A stretch of DNA of 62,058 nt, counting the filler. It is 7 parts of 7 records of this genome, joined end to end, with 100 filler letters (N's around TTAATTAATTAA, not from the genome) between each part and the next. Parts side by side here need not be neighbours in the genome. Positions count along the whole stretch, not along the records: positions 41,801 to 54,623 come from SRR31147125_74552; positions 54,724 to 62,058 come from SRR31147125_74600; 5 more parts are not named here. One strand, written 5' to 3'. The position numbers and the translations under genes are program-made. The stretch's first letter is position 1. Each line of letters opens with the position of its first letter. Below the pieces are notes generated by a model. That model made no database searches. It was not told the DNA's origin and saw only the letters and a program-made list of their open reading frames with translations. Below are positions 51,310 through 61,992 of the stretch, piece by piece.

Positions 51310-52190
51310 TAAACCTCCCCATAATCTGGAACACTGTCAAACCATCCCCTATGCCGCTTTGCTTCGACGAGTGAGCTCTCGGCCTGTTGAATGATCTTTT
51401 CCCGATCTTTCGGATAACTGCCGGACAGGTTGAGAATATTCGAGACATGGTTGGAGCGTAAAATGGTTCGTCCGGGGTTTAATGCCCGAACAACGGTTAA
51501 AGCCTCTTCCAGAATTTCACCATTTGTTAACGCCTGAATCTGATCAAAATAATCATCATTGTGACGTCGGAACATCGTCAGCAAGGAAAAATACTCCGGG
51601 GACAGACGATTGATCCAGGTCGCCGTGGCGATTGCATGCTCCTGACTGCGGAGTCTCCCTGCCAGTCCGAGGATCGCCGTCACGGACAATTTCAAGCCTG
51701 CATCCTTCGCCTTATTGCAGAGGCTCAGCATCATCGCCGAGTCGAATCCTTTGTTCACCAGGCGCAGAGTATCGTCATCCCCACTCTCCAGACCGAAATA
51801 TAGAATCCGCAACCGCTTCGACCTGAGAACCTCAAGTTCCCCCTGATCCTTCGTCGTCAAACTGTTCGGCGAAGCGTACGCACCAATCCGTTTCACATTC
51901 GGAAGCGTTTCAGCAATCAAGTCCAGGACCTTAAGTAATTCCCCCTGCGGATAAACGAGAGCATCGCCATCAGCAAGAAAAACCCGTTGATACACGGCGC
52001 GATGGGACAATGGGACAGCGGCAATATCGTTGGCGATTTCTTCTAAAGAACGGACCCGGAAGTGCTTTTGCTTATACATTCCGCAAAAGCGGCATTGATT
52101 CTGACTGCAGCCGATCGTAATCTGCAGAATCAGTGACCGCGCCTCTGACGGTGGCCTGAAAACAGGTTCTTCATAGTCGAAATAATACAT
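51303..52190 (-). CDS. Radical SAM protein
   Basis: YEEPVFRPPSEA, GCSQNQCRFC (CxxxCxxC), FLADGDA, GLESG, RSNH.SN. Confidence 0.9.
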   Translation of the reverse strand: MYYFDYEEPVFRPPSEARSLILQITIGCSQNQCRFCGMYKQKHFRVRSLEEIANDIAAVPLSHRAVYQRVFLADGDALVYPQGELLKVLDLIAETLPNVKRIGAYASPNSLTTKDQGELEVLRSKRLRILYFGLESGDDDTLRLVNKGFDSAMMLSLCNKAKDAGLKLSVTAILGLAGRLRSQEHAIATATWINRLSPEYFSLLTMFRRHNDDYFDQIQALTNGEILEEALTVVRALNPGRTILRSNHVSNILNLSGSYPKDREKIIQQAESSLVEAKRHRGWFDSVPDYGEVYY

Positions 52191-52191
52191 A

Positions 52192-53368
52192 TCAATCACC
52201 CTGATGCGCTTTTCGTTGCTCTTCAATAGAACGAAGATAATACTGTGCCTCGACGGCAACTTCTTCACTACAGGCAAGGTCATAAGCCGACAGAAAATAG
52301 TGATAGGCGCCTGTCATCTGCCGCGGTTGCGCCAGCATCGCTTTTCCGGCACCGAGATAGGCCCTGTCGATCCCCTTTGCTCCAGGCCTCTCAGAGATAA
52401 ATCTGCGAAAGACACGCAGCGCCTCCCGTTCACGTTTTCTTTCAGCAGATACGCTCCGATTTCCAGAACATCCTGCTGACCCACCTGAAGGCGCTCCTCG
52501 CGGCTGTCGAGCTGAAGGAAGCAGTCGGAGGCGCCCTGGTAGTCGCCCGAAGACAGGGCCGGGCAGATATCCGCAAGAGAATTCAAACCCTGCGGATCAG
52601 GATTTACGTCTACACGTTTGTCCCGGGATGTAAGAAAAGAGCGATCCAGTATCCATGCAATGAGCAGACCTCCTGCAAAACCACCGATATGAGCCCCGTG
52701 AGCAATCCCGCTGCCGCGTTTGACGTAAAGACAAAAGGCAGAAGATTATCGATCACCAGATAAAACCCGAGAATCAGCCGCGCTGACAGATAAATACTGG
52801 TCATGATGAACGGAAAGAGGAACAGGAAACAGCGGACCCGATTTCGAGGAAACCAGAGGAAATAACACCCGAGAATCCCGAAAATGGCTCCCGATGCACC
52901 AATCAGCGGCGTCTGCGACCCGAGTGAGAACAGGGTGAAAAAAAGAGTCGCAACAACACCGCAAACAAAATAGGTCGCGAGAAACCGGACCCGTCCCAGT
53001 CGATACTCGACGTTGTCACCAAAAATGAACAGAAAGAGCATGTTTCCCGCAAGGTGCATCAACCCACCATGCAGGAAAAGAGATGAAAAGAGCGTTATAA
53101 GAGAAAAGGCAGCAGGCCTGAACCCATACTGAAAAACCAGAAGATCGTAAGCCGAAACATTGGCATAGACCTGCTGAGCGGTCACCTGCCCCTGCAACCC
53201 CAGAGCCCTGATGTAGTCGAACAGAATGGGGTCATTCAGCTCGACCCTGGTGAAGGAGGCGGGCAGAGAAAACACCAGATAAACGAGGATATTGGCCGCC
53301 ATCAAACTCCATGTTACGTATGGGCGACCTGGCGGGTTCGGGGTATCAGCGATCGGGAAAAACATCAA
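52192..53368 (-). CDS. Rhomboid intramembrane serine protease with C-terminal TPR-like extension; several frameshifts between about 52430 and 52710
   Basis: FLHGG.MHL.GNMLFL.IFGDNVE, IGASGA (Ser); the shifted frame gives IAHGAHIGGF (His); a further frame reads ALRVFRRFI...AYHYFLSA to a stop at 52192. Confidence 0.75.
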
Positions 53369-53430
53369 TGCTCCAGTGTCTGTTGATCCTGATCATCCTA
53401 ACACAGCAACCTGGATGCCCCAAGCAGGGC

Positions 53431-53459
53431 TTGCCTTTCGCTGATCATAGAGCTATCTT
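53431..53459 (+). promoter_or_regulatory. Sigma70-type promoter of the FAH gene
   Basis: TTGCCT-N17-TATCTT. Confidence 0.45.
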
Positions 53460-53548
53460 CCAACGTTGAACTGACAGCTTCCGGTAAGGCGGTCCGCGCG
53501 ACGGATAACAGTCCGCCGGAAGAATAACCAGAACAAGGAGCAACGACC

Positions 53549-54205
53549 ATGGAGCATGTCCACCTGAAAGGGACTGAAGAATCAATTCCGGCCGGTAAAA
53601 TTATCTGTCTGGGGAGAAACTATCTCGACCATATCCGCGAACTTGGGAATAAAGTTCCAGACCGAGCTGTCATCTTCTGCAAGCCGTCGAGCAGCATTCT
53701 TAAGAATGGTGGACAGATCGTTATTCCTGATTACAGCCAGGATTGCCACCATGAACTGGAGCTCGCGCTGCTGATCGGTAAAAAAGGGAAACAGATCAAC
53801 GAAGATCAAGCCCTTGATTATGTCGCCGGATATGCTGTCGCGCTCGATCTGACCTTGCGTGATCTGCAGAGTCAACTGAAAGAAAAAGGCCTGCCGTGGG
53901 AAATTGCCAAAGGGTTCGACACCTCTTGCCCTCTATCCGACTTTGTTCCGGCAGATGCAATCGAAAATCCGAATCAGATCCAGCTGACTCTTAAAGTGAA
54001 CGGAGAGGTCCGGCAGAACGGGACAACCGCACAGATGATGCGCTCTGTAGAAGAAATCATTGCAGAGATTTCAACCTACTACACGCTGGAACAGGGTGAC
54101 ATCATCCTGACCGGCACACCGGCGGGAGTCAGTCGGATTGTCAGCGGGGACACTCTTGTCGGAGAAATCGAGCAAGTCGGAACCCTTGAAGTGACGGTCG
54201 CATGA
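53549..54205 (+). CDS. Fumarylacetoacetate hydrolase family protein (YcgM-like)
   Basis: KIICLGRNY..H..E, HHELEL, D.T.RD.Q, PW..AKGFD, GDIILTGTPAGV. Confidence 0.93.
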   Translation: MEHVHLKGTEESIPAGKIICLGRNYLDHIRELGNKVPDRAVIFCKPSSSILKNGGQIVIPDYSQDCHHELELALLIGKKGKQINEDQALDYVAGYAVALDLTLRDLQSQLKEKGLPWEIAKGFDTSCPLSDFVPADAIENPNQIQLTLKVNGEVRQNGTTAQMMRSVEEIIAEISTYYTLEQGDIILTGTPAGVSRIVSGDTLVGEIEQVGTLEVTVA

Positions 54206-54623
54206 GCCGCAGCTTCACACTGATCGGCCCAGGCAAAGTAGGCTGCGCCATCGCCCACCGTCTCCTCTGTGCCGGTTACCAGCTTCAGGCGGTCATCGGT
54301 CGTGATCTGGAACGGGTCAGAGATGCGTGCAGCTTTATCGGTTGCTCAGAGACTCTGGGATCGCTCGACTTAAACAGGGCGGTGAGCGCACCCTGATCCT
54401 GATAGCAGTACCGGACGACCAGATTGAGGCTACTGCCACTGAGCTTTCTCGCCTTGCAGGGCCTCTTTCTGGAAAAACCCTTGTCCATTTCAGCGGGCTT
54501 CACTCTGCGGCGTGCCTGAAGTCTGGTGCTGATCTGTTCGCAGCGTCAATCCACCCCCTCCTCCCCTTTGCCAATCGGCAACTGGCCAGCCAATCTCTCT
54601 CAGGCTGTCCCTGTGCCATTGAA
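54202..54623 (+). CDS. Rossmann-like/DUF2520 oxidoreductase; frameshift near 54390, 3'-truncated
   Basis: IGPGKVG; the shifted frame gives ILIAVPDDQI, VHFSG, SIHPL. Confidence 0.8.
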
Positions 54624-54723
54624 NNNNNNNNNNNNNNNNNNNNNNNNNNNNNNNNNNNNNNNNNNNNTTAATTAATTAANNNNNNNNNNNNNNNNNNNNN
54701 NNNNNNNNNNNNNNNNNNNNNNN
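54624..54723. other. Artificial contig spacer
   Basis: N-run with TTAATTAATTAA. Confidence 0.99.
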
Positions 54724-54779
54724 GGGGGGGGAAGATGTTGAAAAAAATAGGACTCTCAAGAACATAATCAGGATGATCT

Positions 54780-55940
54780 GTGAATAATAAGAAAACGATC
54801 TACAATACGTCGTTCCGGGCAAAAGCGATCCAGGCATTTGTCATCGTCGTTTCGATTGCTGTTGGATATTATCTGATATCCAATGTCATCGCCAATCTAC
54901 GACAGATGGAGCTCCCCTTCGGGTTTGATTTTATCACCTCCACGGCAGGATTTGACGTCAGCTGGTCCCTGATCCCCTACGAGCCCTCCATGTCATACGG
55001 ACGGGTCTATCTGGTGGGGATTGTCAATACGCTGCTCTTGTCGGCGTTCATCATTGTATTTTCGACAGTGCTCGGATTTGTCGTGGGAATTCTACGATTG
55101 TCTCCAAATTTTCTGGTTGCTCAGATTTCACGATGGTATGTTGAGTTTTTTCGTAATGTGCCCCTGCTCATCCAAATCGTATTCTGGTTCATCGTTGTCT
55201 TTTCCACCTTACCGGCTCCCAGACAAAGCCATCACCTTTTCAGTACGTTCTTTCTGAATAATCGGGGCTTCTATTTTCCGTCTCCGGCGACGCAGCCCGG
55301 TTTTATCTGGACGTTCCTGACCGGCATCTGTGTGCTCATCTGTTTCATCGTATTGTTGAAAACGGCCCAAAAATATCGCAGGCAAACCGGAGAGGGCTTA
55401 CCTTTTTATTATCCATCCCTATTGGCTCTGCCGATGGTATTGGCCATGGTCTTCTTCGGGACCGGTCGACCGTTGCAATGGGACGTTCCCGAGTTGATGG
55501 GATTTAACTTTGAAGGCGGTTTCTTTATTCCAACGGCTTTTGCCGCGGCCTTTGTCGCCATGACCATCTATCGTTCCGCATCCATCGGTGAGACGGTGCG
55601 TGCCGGTATTCAATCCATTGATACCGGACAGATTGAAGCTTCCTCGGCCATCGGGTTTCCTCCGCTTCAGACCCTTCGCTTCATCGTCATTCCCCAGGCG
55701 GCCCGTGCCATACTTCCCCCGTTGATCAACCTTTGGTTGACCATTGTCAAGGAATCGTCCCTGGCCGTTGCCATTGGATTTCCGGAGCTGGTTTCAGTGT
55801 TCATGCAGACCTCCCTCAATCAGACCGGACGCGCCATTGAAATCGTCCTGATGGTGATGGGATTTTATATGTGCGCCAGCTTGACGATATCCTTTCTGTT
55901 AAATCAATATAATAAACGAATTCAGATACAAGGGGGATGA
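54780..55940 (+). CDS. aapQ: General L-amino acid ABC permease (AapQ/YhdX-like)
   Basis: GFDF...AGF, VG..NTL, LS.NFL, YVEFFRNVPLL.Q, E.VRAGI.SI..GQ.EA, K.SSLAVAIG. Confidence 0.85.
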   Translation: MNNKKTIYNTSFRAKAIQAFVIVVSIAVGYYLISNVIANLRQMELPFGFDFITSTAGFDVSWSLIPYEPSMSYGRVYLVGIVNTLLLSAFIIVFSTVLGFVVGILRLSPNFLVAQISRWYVEFFRNVPLLIQIVFWFIVVFSTLPAPRQSHHLFSTFFLNNRGFYFPSPATQPGFIWTFLTGICVLICFIVLLKTAQKYRRQTGEGLPFYYPSLLALPMVLAMVFFGTGRPLQWDVPELMGFNFEGGFFIPTAFAAAFVAMTIYRSASIGETVRAGIQSIDTGQIEASSAIGFPPLQTLRFIVIPQAARAILPPLINLWLTIVKESSLAVAIGFPELVSVFMQTSLNQTGRAIEIVLMVMGFYMCASLTISFLLNQYNKRIQIQGG

Positions 55941-55941
55941 T

Positions 55942-57284
55942 GTGGAAGAAAAAATGAGTCCCGATTCCGATTTACTGCAATTCGTCCCCCGCCCGAGCCG
56001 CCCTCCGGTTGTCGTTACATACGGGGTTCGCGGATGGCTGAAAAAAAACCTCTTCGGCAGTGTCTGGAATTCGCTGCTGACCCTTTCCGTGTTTTATCTT
56101 CTCTTTTTGCTGTTAAAACCATTTGTGGAGTGGGCTCTCATCGATGCGGTATGGGTGGCATCTTCCCGTCGTGAAGCCCTGGCCATCAGCCCGGACGGTG
56201 CCTGTTGGGCCGGAGTCATCAAATGGATAAATACGCTGATATACGGGCGGTATCCCAATGAGCTGCAATGGCGGGTCAATCTGGGGTTTGCCATGGGCAT
56301 CGCCTGGATTGTGCCTCTGTTTTTAAAACGGATAAAACAGAAAATCACCATTACCATTATGGCGGTGGTACTATATCCGTTTCTCGCCGACTACCTCTTT
56401 CTGGGCGGTGATCGCAGCCTGTTTCACTACTCCGTTTCCTGTGTGGCGCTGGCCTATCTGGTGATGCTCTACATCGACATCATTTTGATTTATTCCGGTA
56501 CCAAGCGATTGGGGCAGGCCATCGAGCCTTTGCTGGAATCTATCGCTCCCCAAACGGCCCCCATGTTAAGCTGGACGGCTTGCCTGCTGGTGCTGAGTCT
56601 GTTGATCGGGCTTTCGTGTCAGGTGCTTCAGCTTGAATATGTTCCCATCGATCTTTGGGGCGGGCTGTTCCTCACCATCATTATATCCGGGTTTGCCATT
56701 GTCATGGCGCTTCCCATCGGCATAATTTTAGCACTGGGACGGCGTTCTACCATGCCGGTGATCAAGTGGTTTTCAATTGCCGTCATCGAACTGGTCCGGT
56801 CCGTACCCATGATCACGGTGCTGTTCATGTCCGTCACCATGATGCCGCTCTTTTTTCCAAATACCATGGATCTCAACAAACTGGCCCAGGTGATTATCGC
56901 CGTATGCATATTTGCCGGGGCATACATGGCGGAAACGGTTCGCGGGGGACTTCAGACCATTCCGCCGGGACAGTTTGATGCCGCAAAATCGGTGGGGCTC
57001 GGCTATTGGCAAACCATGGTTCTGATTATTTTGCCCCAGGCGCTGAGGCTCATGATTCCCAATATCGTGACGTCGTTTATCAGTATGTTCAAAGACACCA
57101 CCCTGGTTTCCATCATCGGGCTGTTCGATATCATGCTGATGGCCCGGAATATCTCCATCGATAAGGACTGGTATGGGCTCCATAGCGAACCGTTGGTGGC
57201 CATCTCATTGGTGTTCTTTATTGTTTGTTACGGAATGTCCCAGTATAGTCAATATTTGGAAAAAAATTGGATACCGATCGGTGA
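55942..57284 (+). CDS. aapM: General L-amino acid ABC permease (AapM/YhdY-like); probable true stop 57284 (as sequenced it runs to 57345)
   Basis: W.KKNLF, GACW, WGGLFLT, LALGRRS, AYMAE.VRGGLQ, FKDTTLV; one added A at 57260-57266 gives LEKKLDTDR*. Confidence 0.85.
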
Positions 57285-57499
57285 TCCAGCCGGAACGGGT
57301 GTGCAAACATTGTCTAATTACAATCAAATGAGCCCTCGGCCGTAATACCTATGCAGAAAGCGGTTTTTCGGACATGATCCCCTTTTCGACCATCAGTCCG
57401 GATCGGGATGACCGGGATAGAATAGAACCTCTGTTTTTCTTATCGCACGAATGCCTGAAGGCTTGATCCGTAAGAACGGAATAACTGGAAATATTATAA

Positions 57500-58273
57500 A
57501 TGGAAACCTTGCAGAATCGTCGGTCCACTCCCCCTGCCGTAGAGGTGAAGGGATTGAACAAATGGTATGATGAATTTCATGCCCTCAAAGATGTGTCACT
57601 GTCCGTCATGGAAAAGGAAATCATCGTGATTTGCGGCCCTTCGGGATCGGGAAAATCGACCCTGATCCGATGTCTCAACCATTTGGAAAAATACCAGGAA
57701 GGAACGGTATCCATATTCGGTCAAGCCCTCGGTAATGATAAAAAAAGTGCCGCTTTAATCCGGGAAAATGTGGGCATGCTGTTTCAAAATTTCAATCTTT
57801 TTCCCCATTTGACGGTTCTGAAGAATTGCACGTTGGGTCCGGTTTGGCTGAAAAAAATGCCGGAATCCAAAGCCGTTGAAGAATCCATGGCACTGCTGGA
57901 ACGGGTAGGGGTTGGGGCGTTGGCGTCAAAATATCCCGGTCAAATATCGGGGGGCCAGAAGCAGAGGGTCGCCATTGCCCGGGCCTTGGCCATGAATCCC
58001 AGGATTTTACTTCTGGACGAACCCACTTCGGCCCTTGACCCCGAGATGATCAAAGAGGTGTTGGAAGCCATGATCGATTTGGCGGAATCGGGGATGACCA
58101 TGTTATGTGTCACCCATGAGATGCAGTTTGCCCAGCAGGTGGCCGATCGTATCGTCTTTATGTCCGATGGGGAGATTGTCGAGGTCGGGCCTCCCGAGCA
58201 AGTGCTGGAACATCCGAAATGGGATAGGACCAGTCAGTTTCTGGAGCACATTTTGAGCCTTGATTCAAAGTGA
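57500..58273 (+). CDS. aapP: Amino acid ABC transporter ATP-binding protein
   Basis: GPSGSGKST, FQNFNLFPH, SGGQKQR, DEPTSALDPEM, VTHEM.FA. Confidence 0.9.
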   Translation: METLQNRRSTPPAVEVKGLNKWYDEFHALKDVSLSVMEKEIIVICGPSGSGKSTLIRCLNHLEKYQEGTVSIFGQALGNDKKSAALIRENVGMLFQNFNLFPHLTVLKNCTLGPVWLKKMPESKAVEESMALLERVGVGALASKYPGQISGGQKQRVAIARALAMNPRILLLDEPTSALDPEMIKEVLEAMIDLAESGMTMLCVTHEMQFAQQVADRIVFMSDGEIVEVGPPEQVLEHPKWDRTSQFLEHILSLDSK

Positions 58274-58432
58274 TTCCAAGGGGCGCTGGAATGATCTGGA
58301 ATCAGGCTCTGTCGTAATGATTTCTCCGCAACGCAAGGTTTTACTGTCGGGAAGTGTGAGGATCATATGCAATTTAATCATGTCGTTTTCTCGACTGGAC
58401 TCTGTCGAGTGTCAATACGCATGGGCAATTTT

Positions 58433-59995
58433 TCAGTGTATATAATGACATCCAATGGATTTGGGGTTGCGGGATGCCGCTCTCACAATGATTGAGGCAT
58501 TGACCACGCCATTTCTAAGTTCGATGATCTGTCGATTCAATTTCGCCTCTTTGTAAAACTTCAGGATTCTGTGGGCGTGGTAGTTCAAATCGGACCTGGC
58601 ACGTTCCAGCCCTTTTTGGGTACGGGTAATACCGGCGTAATTCCACATGGTCAATTGAATCATTTTCCAATCTTGTTGAAAAAGCAGTGGATCAAACTCC
58701 TCCAAATATTGCGGACACTGCCAGTCTGGAATTTTATCGAATCGTTTTACGGAAATTGCATTTCCTCTGTCATGAATATGATCGGCAGCCTGCCTTGCCC
58801 ACAACAATCCTTCAAGAAGGGAGGTGGATGCCAATCGATTGGCCCCATGCATGCCTGTGCAGCTTATCTCTCCTATGGCATAAAGATTGGCAAGGGAGGA
58901 TCTCCCGAATCCGTCCACCTTTATCCCTCCGCAGAAGTAGTGCGCTGCCGGTACGACGGGAATGGGCTCCCGGGTGATATCGATTCCTCCTTTCAAACAG
59001 GTATTGTAGATTTTGGAGAATCGTTTTTCCAAGGGCTCATCCCCTTTGTAATAGGATGCGATGTCCAGCAACATGTACTCCTTGCCTGATTTTCCCATCT
59101 CTTCGTATATGGCTCTTGCCACCACATCTCGGGGGGCCAGATCGGCAAGATCCGAGTAAAACGTCATAAACCGGGTCCCATTGTGATTTTTGAGGATCGC
59201 CCCTTCCCCTCGAAGGGATTCCGAGATCAAAAACCGCTTGATGTCCCGATGATATAATGCGGTGGGGTGAAACTGAACAAACTCTGCGTTGATGATATCT
59301 GCCCCTGCCCGGTAAGCCATGCTCATGCCGTCTCCGGTTGCCGAGGACGGATTGGTGGTGTGTTGATAGATAATCCCCACACCGCCGGTGGCAAGAACCA
59401 CCTGATTGGCGAAAAATGTTTCCACGCGATCGCAGTGTTCATTGAATGCGTACACGCCCATGACCTCACATGGGGCATATACTTCCTGGACATCTTTTGA
59501 GTGATGATTGTTGGTAATGAGGTCGACGGCGGTATGTCCGCTCAAAATGGGGAGATTTATTTTTTCAGCATAGGCCATGAGGGCGTTCTGGATATTTTCA
59601 CCGGTATGATCGGAAAAGTGGAGAATGCGACGAATGGAGTGGGCCGCCTCTTCGGTATAGTCCAGCTCACCGCTTCTGTTTTTACTGAATTTCATTCCCA
59701 CGCGGTCAATGAGAAAATCAAATACCAGCTTGGGTCCGTTTTCCGCAATCAGCTTCACTGCCGATACGCTGTTCAGATTACAGCCCGCCCTGAATATATC
59801 TTTTTCCAGCAATTGCGGGGAATCCCCTTTTTCCCACGCAACAATCCCTCCCTGGGCATAATTGGTCGCAGTTTCACAAATATCCTCTTCTTTCGTCAGA
59901 ACCACTGCATTCATGCCGTACTCTTTCAGCATGATGCCTGCTGAAAGACCTGCAATACCTGTTCCCACCACAATTACATCATAATATTGTCGCAT
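58433..59995 (-). CDS. nadB: L-aspartate oxidase
   Basis: GTGIAG, TNYAQGG, H..RRILH, LATGG, EFVQFHPT, LISESLRGEG, LAPRDVVAR, PAAHY.CGG, HGANRLASTSLLE. Confidence 0.93.
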   Translation of the reverse strand: MRQYYDVIVVGTGIAGLSAGIMLKEYGMNAVVLTKEEDICETATNYAQGGIVAWEKGDSPQLLEKDIFRAGCNLNSVSAVKLIAENGPKLVFDFLIDRVGMKFSKNRSGELDYTEEAAHSIRRILHFSDHTGENIQNALMAYAEKINLPILSGHTAVDLITNNHHSKDVQEVYAPCEVMGVYAFNEHCDRVETFFANQVVLATGGVGIIYQHTTNPSSATGDGMSMAYRAGADIINAEFVQFHPTALYHRDIKRFLISESLRGEGAILKNHNGTRFMTFYSDLADLAPRDVVARAIYEEMGKSGKEYMLLDIASYYKGDEPLEKRFSKIYNTCLKGGIDITREPIPVVPAAHYFCGGIKVDGFGRSSLANLYAIGEISCTGMHGANRLASTSLLEGLLWARQAADHIHDRGNAISVKRFDKIPDWQCPQYLEEFDPLLFQQDWKMIQLTMWNYAGITRTQKGLERARSDLNYHAHRILKFYKEAKLNRQIIELRNGVVNASIIVRAASRNPKSIGCHYIH

Positions 59996-60014
59996 ATGCC
60001 CTCCGGCAATTTTT

Positions 60015-61067
60015 TTAACCCGCTTGTTCAACAATGGTTATCATTCGCTTCAAGGCTTTTTCGGCATCTGCCTTATGTTCTTTGCCAACCGTGACTTCAT
60101 TGATCGGCATCCCTTGGCCCTTGCGATGTTTTTCCACCGAATTCATCACTGTAGCCACCGATTCAAGGGTGCTGCGATTCATGTCGGTACATAAAGATTT
60201 TCGAAGCGGAACAACGGTTTTATCCGGAAACTCAGCAGCAATCCTCGATACAAAATTGAATTCCGTCCCGATGCCCCAGACGGTACCGGGTTTTGCATCC
60301 CTGACCGTATTATAGATCATGGAAGTTGACCCATTATAGTCGGATGCATCAACGACATGCTTTTCACACTCGGGGTGTACCACAATGTCGATATCCGGGT
60401 ACTGATGACGGAGTTGATGGATATCTTCAACGGTAAAACACTTATGAACATAACAGTAGCCGTCCCAGAGAAACAGTTTGGCGGTCTCGGGATTTCCACC
60501 GTCTAGTGATCCGTCCAGCCTGACCGTGACCACCTCATCCGAACCGACCCCCAGTCTCTTTGCCGTGTTGATTCCCAAATTGTAGTCCGGAGAAAAGAAA
60601 ACCGATTGACCGTTATCCAAAAAATTCTTGACGATTTTTTCAGCGTTGGAACTGGTACAAACCGTTCCTTTCCTTGCACCGCAAAAGGCTTTCATGGACG
60701 CGCTGGAGTTCATGTACACCACCGGGATAATCTCTTGCCGACAAACAGCACTTATTTTCGAATAGGCTCGGGTCGCATCTTCGGTCTGAATCATCTCTGC
60801 CATGGGGCAACCTGCCTTGAGATCCGGAACGACGACCTTTTGGTGCGCTCCTGCCAAAATGGCCGCCCCCTCCGCCATAAAATGGACACCGCAAAAAACA
60901 ATGTAAGCGGCATCCGTTTTGGAACAATCAACAGCCAACTTGTAAGAATCCCCAAGAAAGTCGGCCAATTGTACAATTTCATCCCGTTGATAGTGGTGGG
61001 CCGGTATGACGATATCTTTTCCCAATTCACGCTTTATCCGTTTAATCTGTTCATCAAAATTAGTCAT
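60015..61067 (-). CDS. nadA: Quinolinate synthase
   Basis: HHYQ, GDS, FCGVHFMAE, AGCPMA, Y.NS, CTSSNA, G.C.VH, HPEC, GTE, C..M. Confidence 0.95.
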   Translation of the reverse strand: MTNFDEQIKRIKRELGKDIVIPAHHYQRDEIVQLADFLGDSYKLAVDCSKTDAAYIVFCGVHFMAEGAAILAGAHQKVVVPDLKAGCPMAEMIQTEDATRAYSKISAVCRQEIIPVVYMNSSASMKAFCGARKGTVCTSSNAEKIVKNFLDNGQSVFFSPDYNLGINTAKRLGVGSDEVVTVRLDGSLDGGNPETAKLFLWDGYCYVHKCFTVEDIHQLRHQYPDIDIVVHPECEKHVVDASDYNGSTSMIYNTVRDAKPGTVWGIGTEFNFVSRIAAEFPDKTVVPLRKSLCTDMNRSTLESVATVMNSVEKHRKGQGMPINEVTVGKEHKADAEKALKRMITIVEQAG

Positions 61068-61992
61068 TGATATCCCCCCTTTCCTTTTTAAATGAAAAAT
61101 CAAATACCGGTACGCTGTGGGTCAACGCACCGATTGAAATAAAATCCACCCCGGCGGTTGAGATTCGAGGAACGCTCTCCAGGGTCATGTTGCCGGAAGC
61201 TTCCACTTTGGCTCTTCCATCGATGAGTGCCACTGCATTTTTTATCTGCGCCTCATCCATATTATCCAGCATAATGATATCCACACCGAGTTGGAGTGCC
61301 TCTTTCACCTCATCTAGATTACGCGTTTCAACTTCTATTTGAAACCGATTTTTCCAACGACGCCGAACCCGCTCCACGGCTTTTGTGATCCCTCCGGCCC
61401 CATCGATATGGTTATCTTTGATTAACACCATATCATGTAATCCCATACGATGATTACTTCCCCCACCGCATTTTACCGCATATTTTTGAAGCTGACGCCA
61501 GCCGGGTAGGGTTTTCCGGGTATCCAGGATGGTTGCATCACCCGAAGCGGCAGCGGCATCAACGTAAGTTTTGGTCTGCGTGGCGATGCCGCTTAAATGG
61601 GAAATGAAATTCAATGCGGTTCTTTCGGATTTTAGAAGAGAGCGAACCGGTCCTTCGACATCCGCCACACTTTGTCCCGGTGTCAATTCATCACCATCCT
61701 GAAAATGGAAAGTGATTTGGCAGGTGGTGTCAATGGTGTAAAATGATCGAGTGAACAGCGCCGCCCCACATAGAATGCCCGTTTGTTTGGCAACCAAATG
61801 ATATGTATCTCTTTGATCATCAAAAATTGCCTCTGAGGTGACATCTCCCATATTTTGAAGATCTTCGAAAAACGCCATTTTGATCAGTTCATTTTCGAAA
61901 TCGTTCCCATCATTGCCGTTTTCATTGCTGGATTTTGTTATGACGCCCGATTTGCTTTGGCCGCTGTTATTTTCATCCGGATGTGAATTCAT
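61060..61992 (-). CDS. nadC: Quinolinate phosphoribosyltransferase
   Basis: GDVT, ERTALN, SGIAT, LDTRKT.PG.R, HRMGL.D.VLIKDNH, EVE, LDNM, EASG. Confidence 0.96.
   Translation of the reverse strand: MNSHPDENNSGQSKSGVITKSSNENGNDGNDFENELIKMAFFEDLQNMGDVTSEAIFDDQRDTYHLVAKQTGILCGAALFTRSFYTIDTTCQITFHFQDGDELTPGQSVADVEGPVRSLLKSERTALNFISHLSGIATQTKTYVDAAAASGDATILDTRKTLPGWRQLQKYAVKCGGGSNHRMGLHDMVLIKDNHIDGAGGITKAVERVRRRWKNRFQIEVETRNLDEVKEALQLGVDIIMLDNMDEAQIKNAVALIDGRAKVEASGNMTLESVPRISTAGVDFISIGALTHSVPVFDFSFKKERGDIND

Noticed and set aside
9049-54723. TTAATTAATTAA recurring six times within N-runs
   Set aside because: Identical 100-nt artificial spacers. They are not biological repeats, and gene neighbourhoods across them are meaningless.
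54724-54731. Poly-G tract at the contig start
   Set aside because: A contig-edge homopolymer with no supporting context.
15149-61070. Numerous antisense or overlapping ORFs in the six-frame track (e.g. 39144-39812, 30168-30896, 18345-18944)
   Set aside because: They are shadow frames of well-supported genes and carry no recognisable motifs.
54780-61992. Functional link between the Aap transporter (aspartate import) and nadCAB
   Set aside because: The operons are convergent with no shared regulatory region, so adjacency alone is not evidence.
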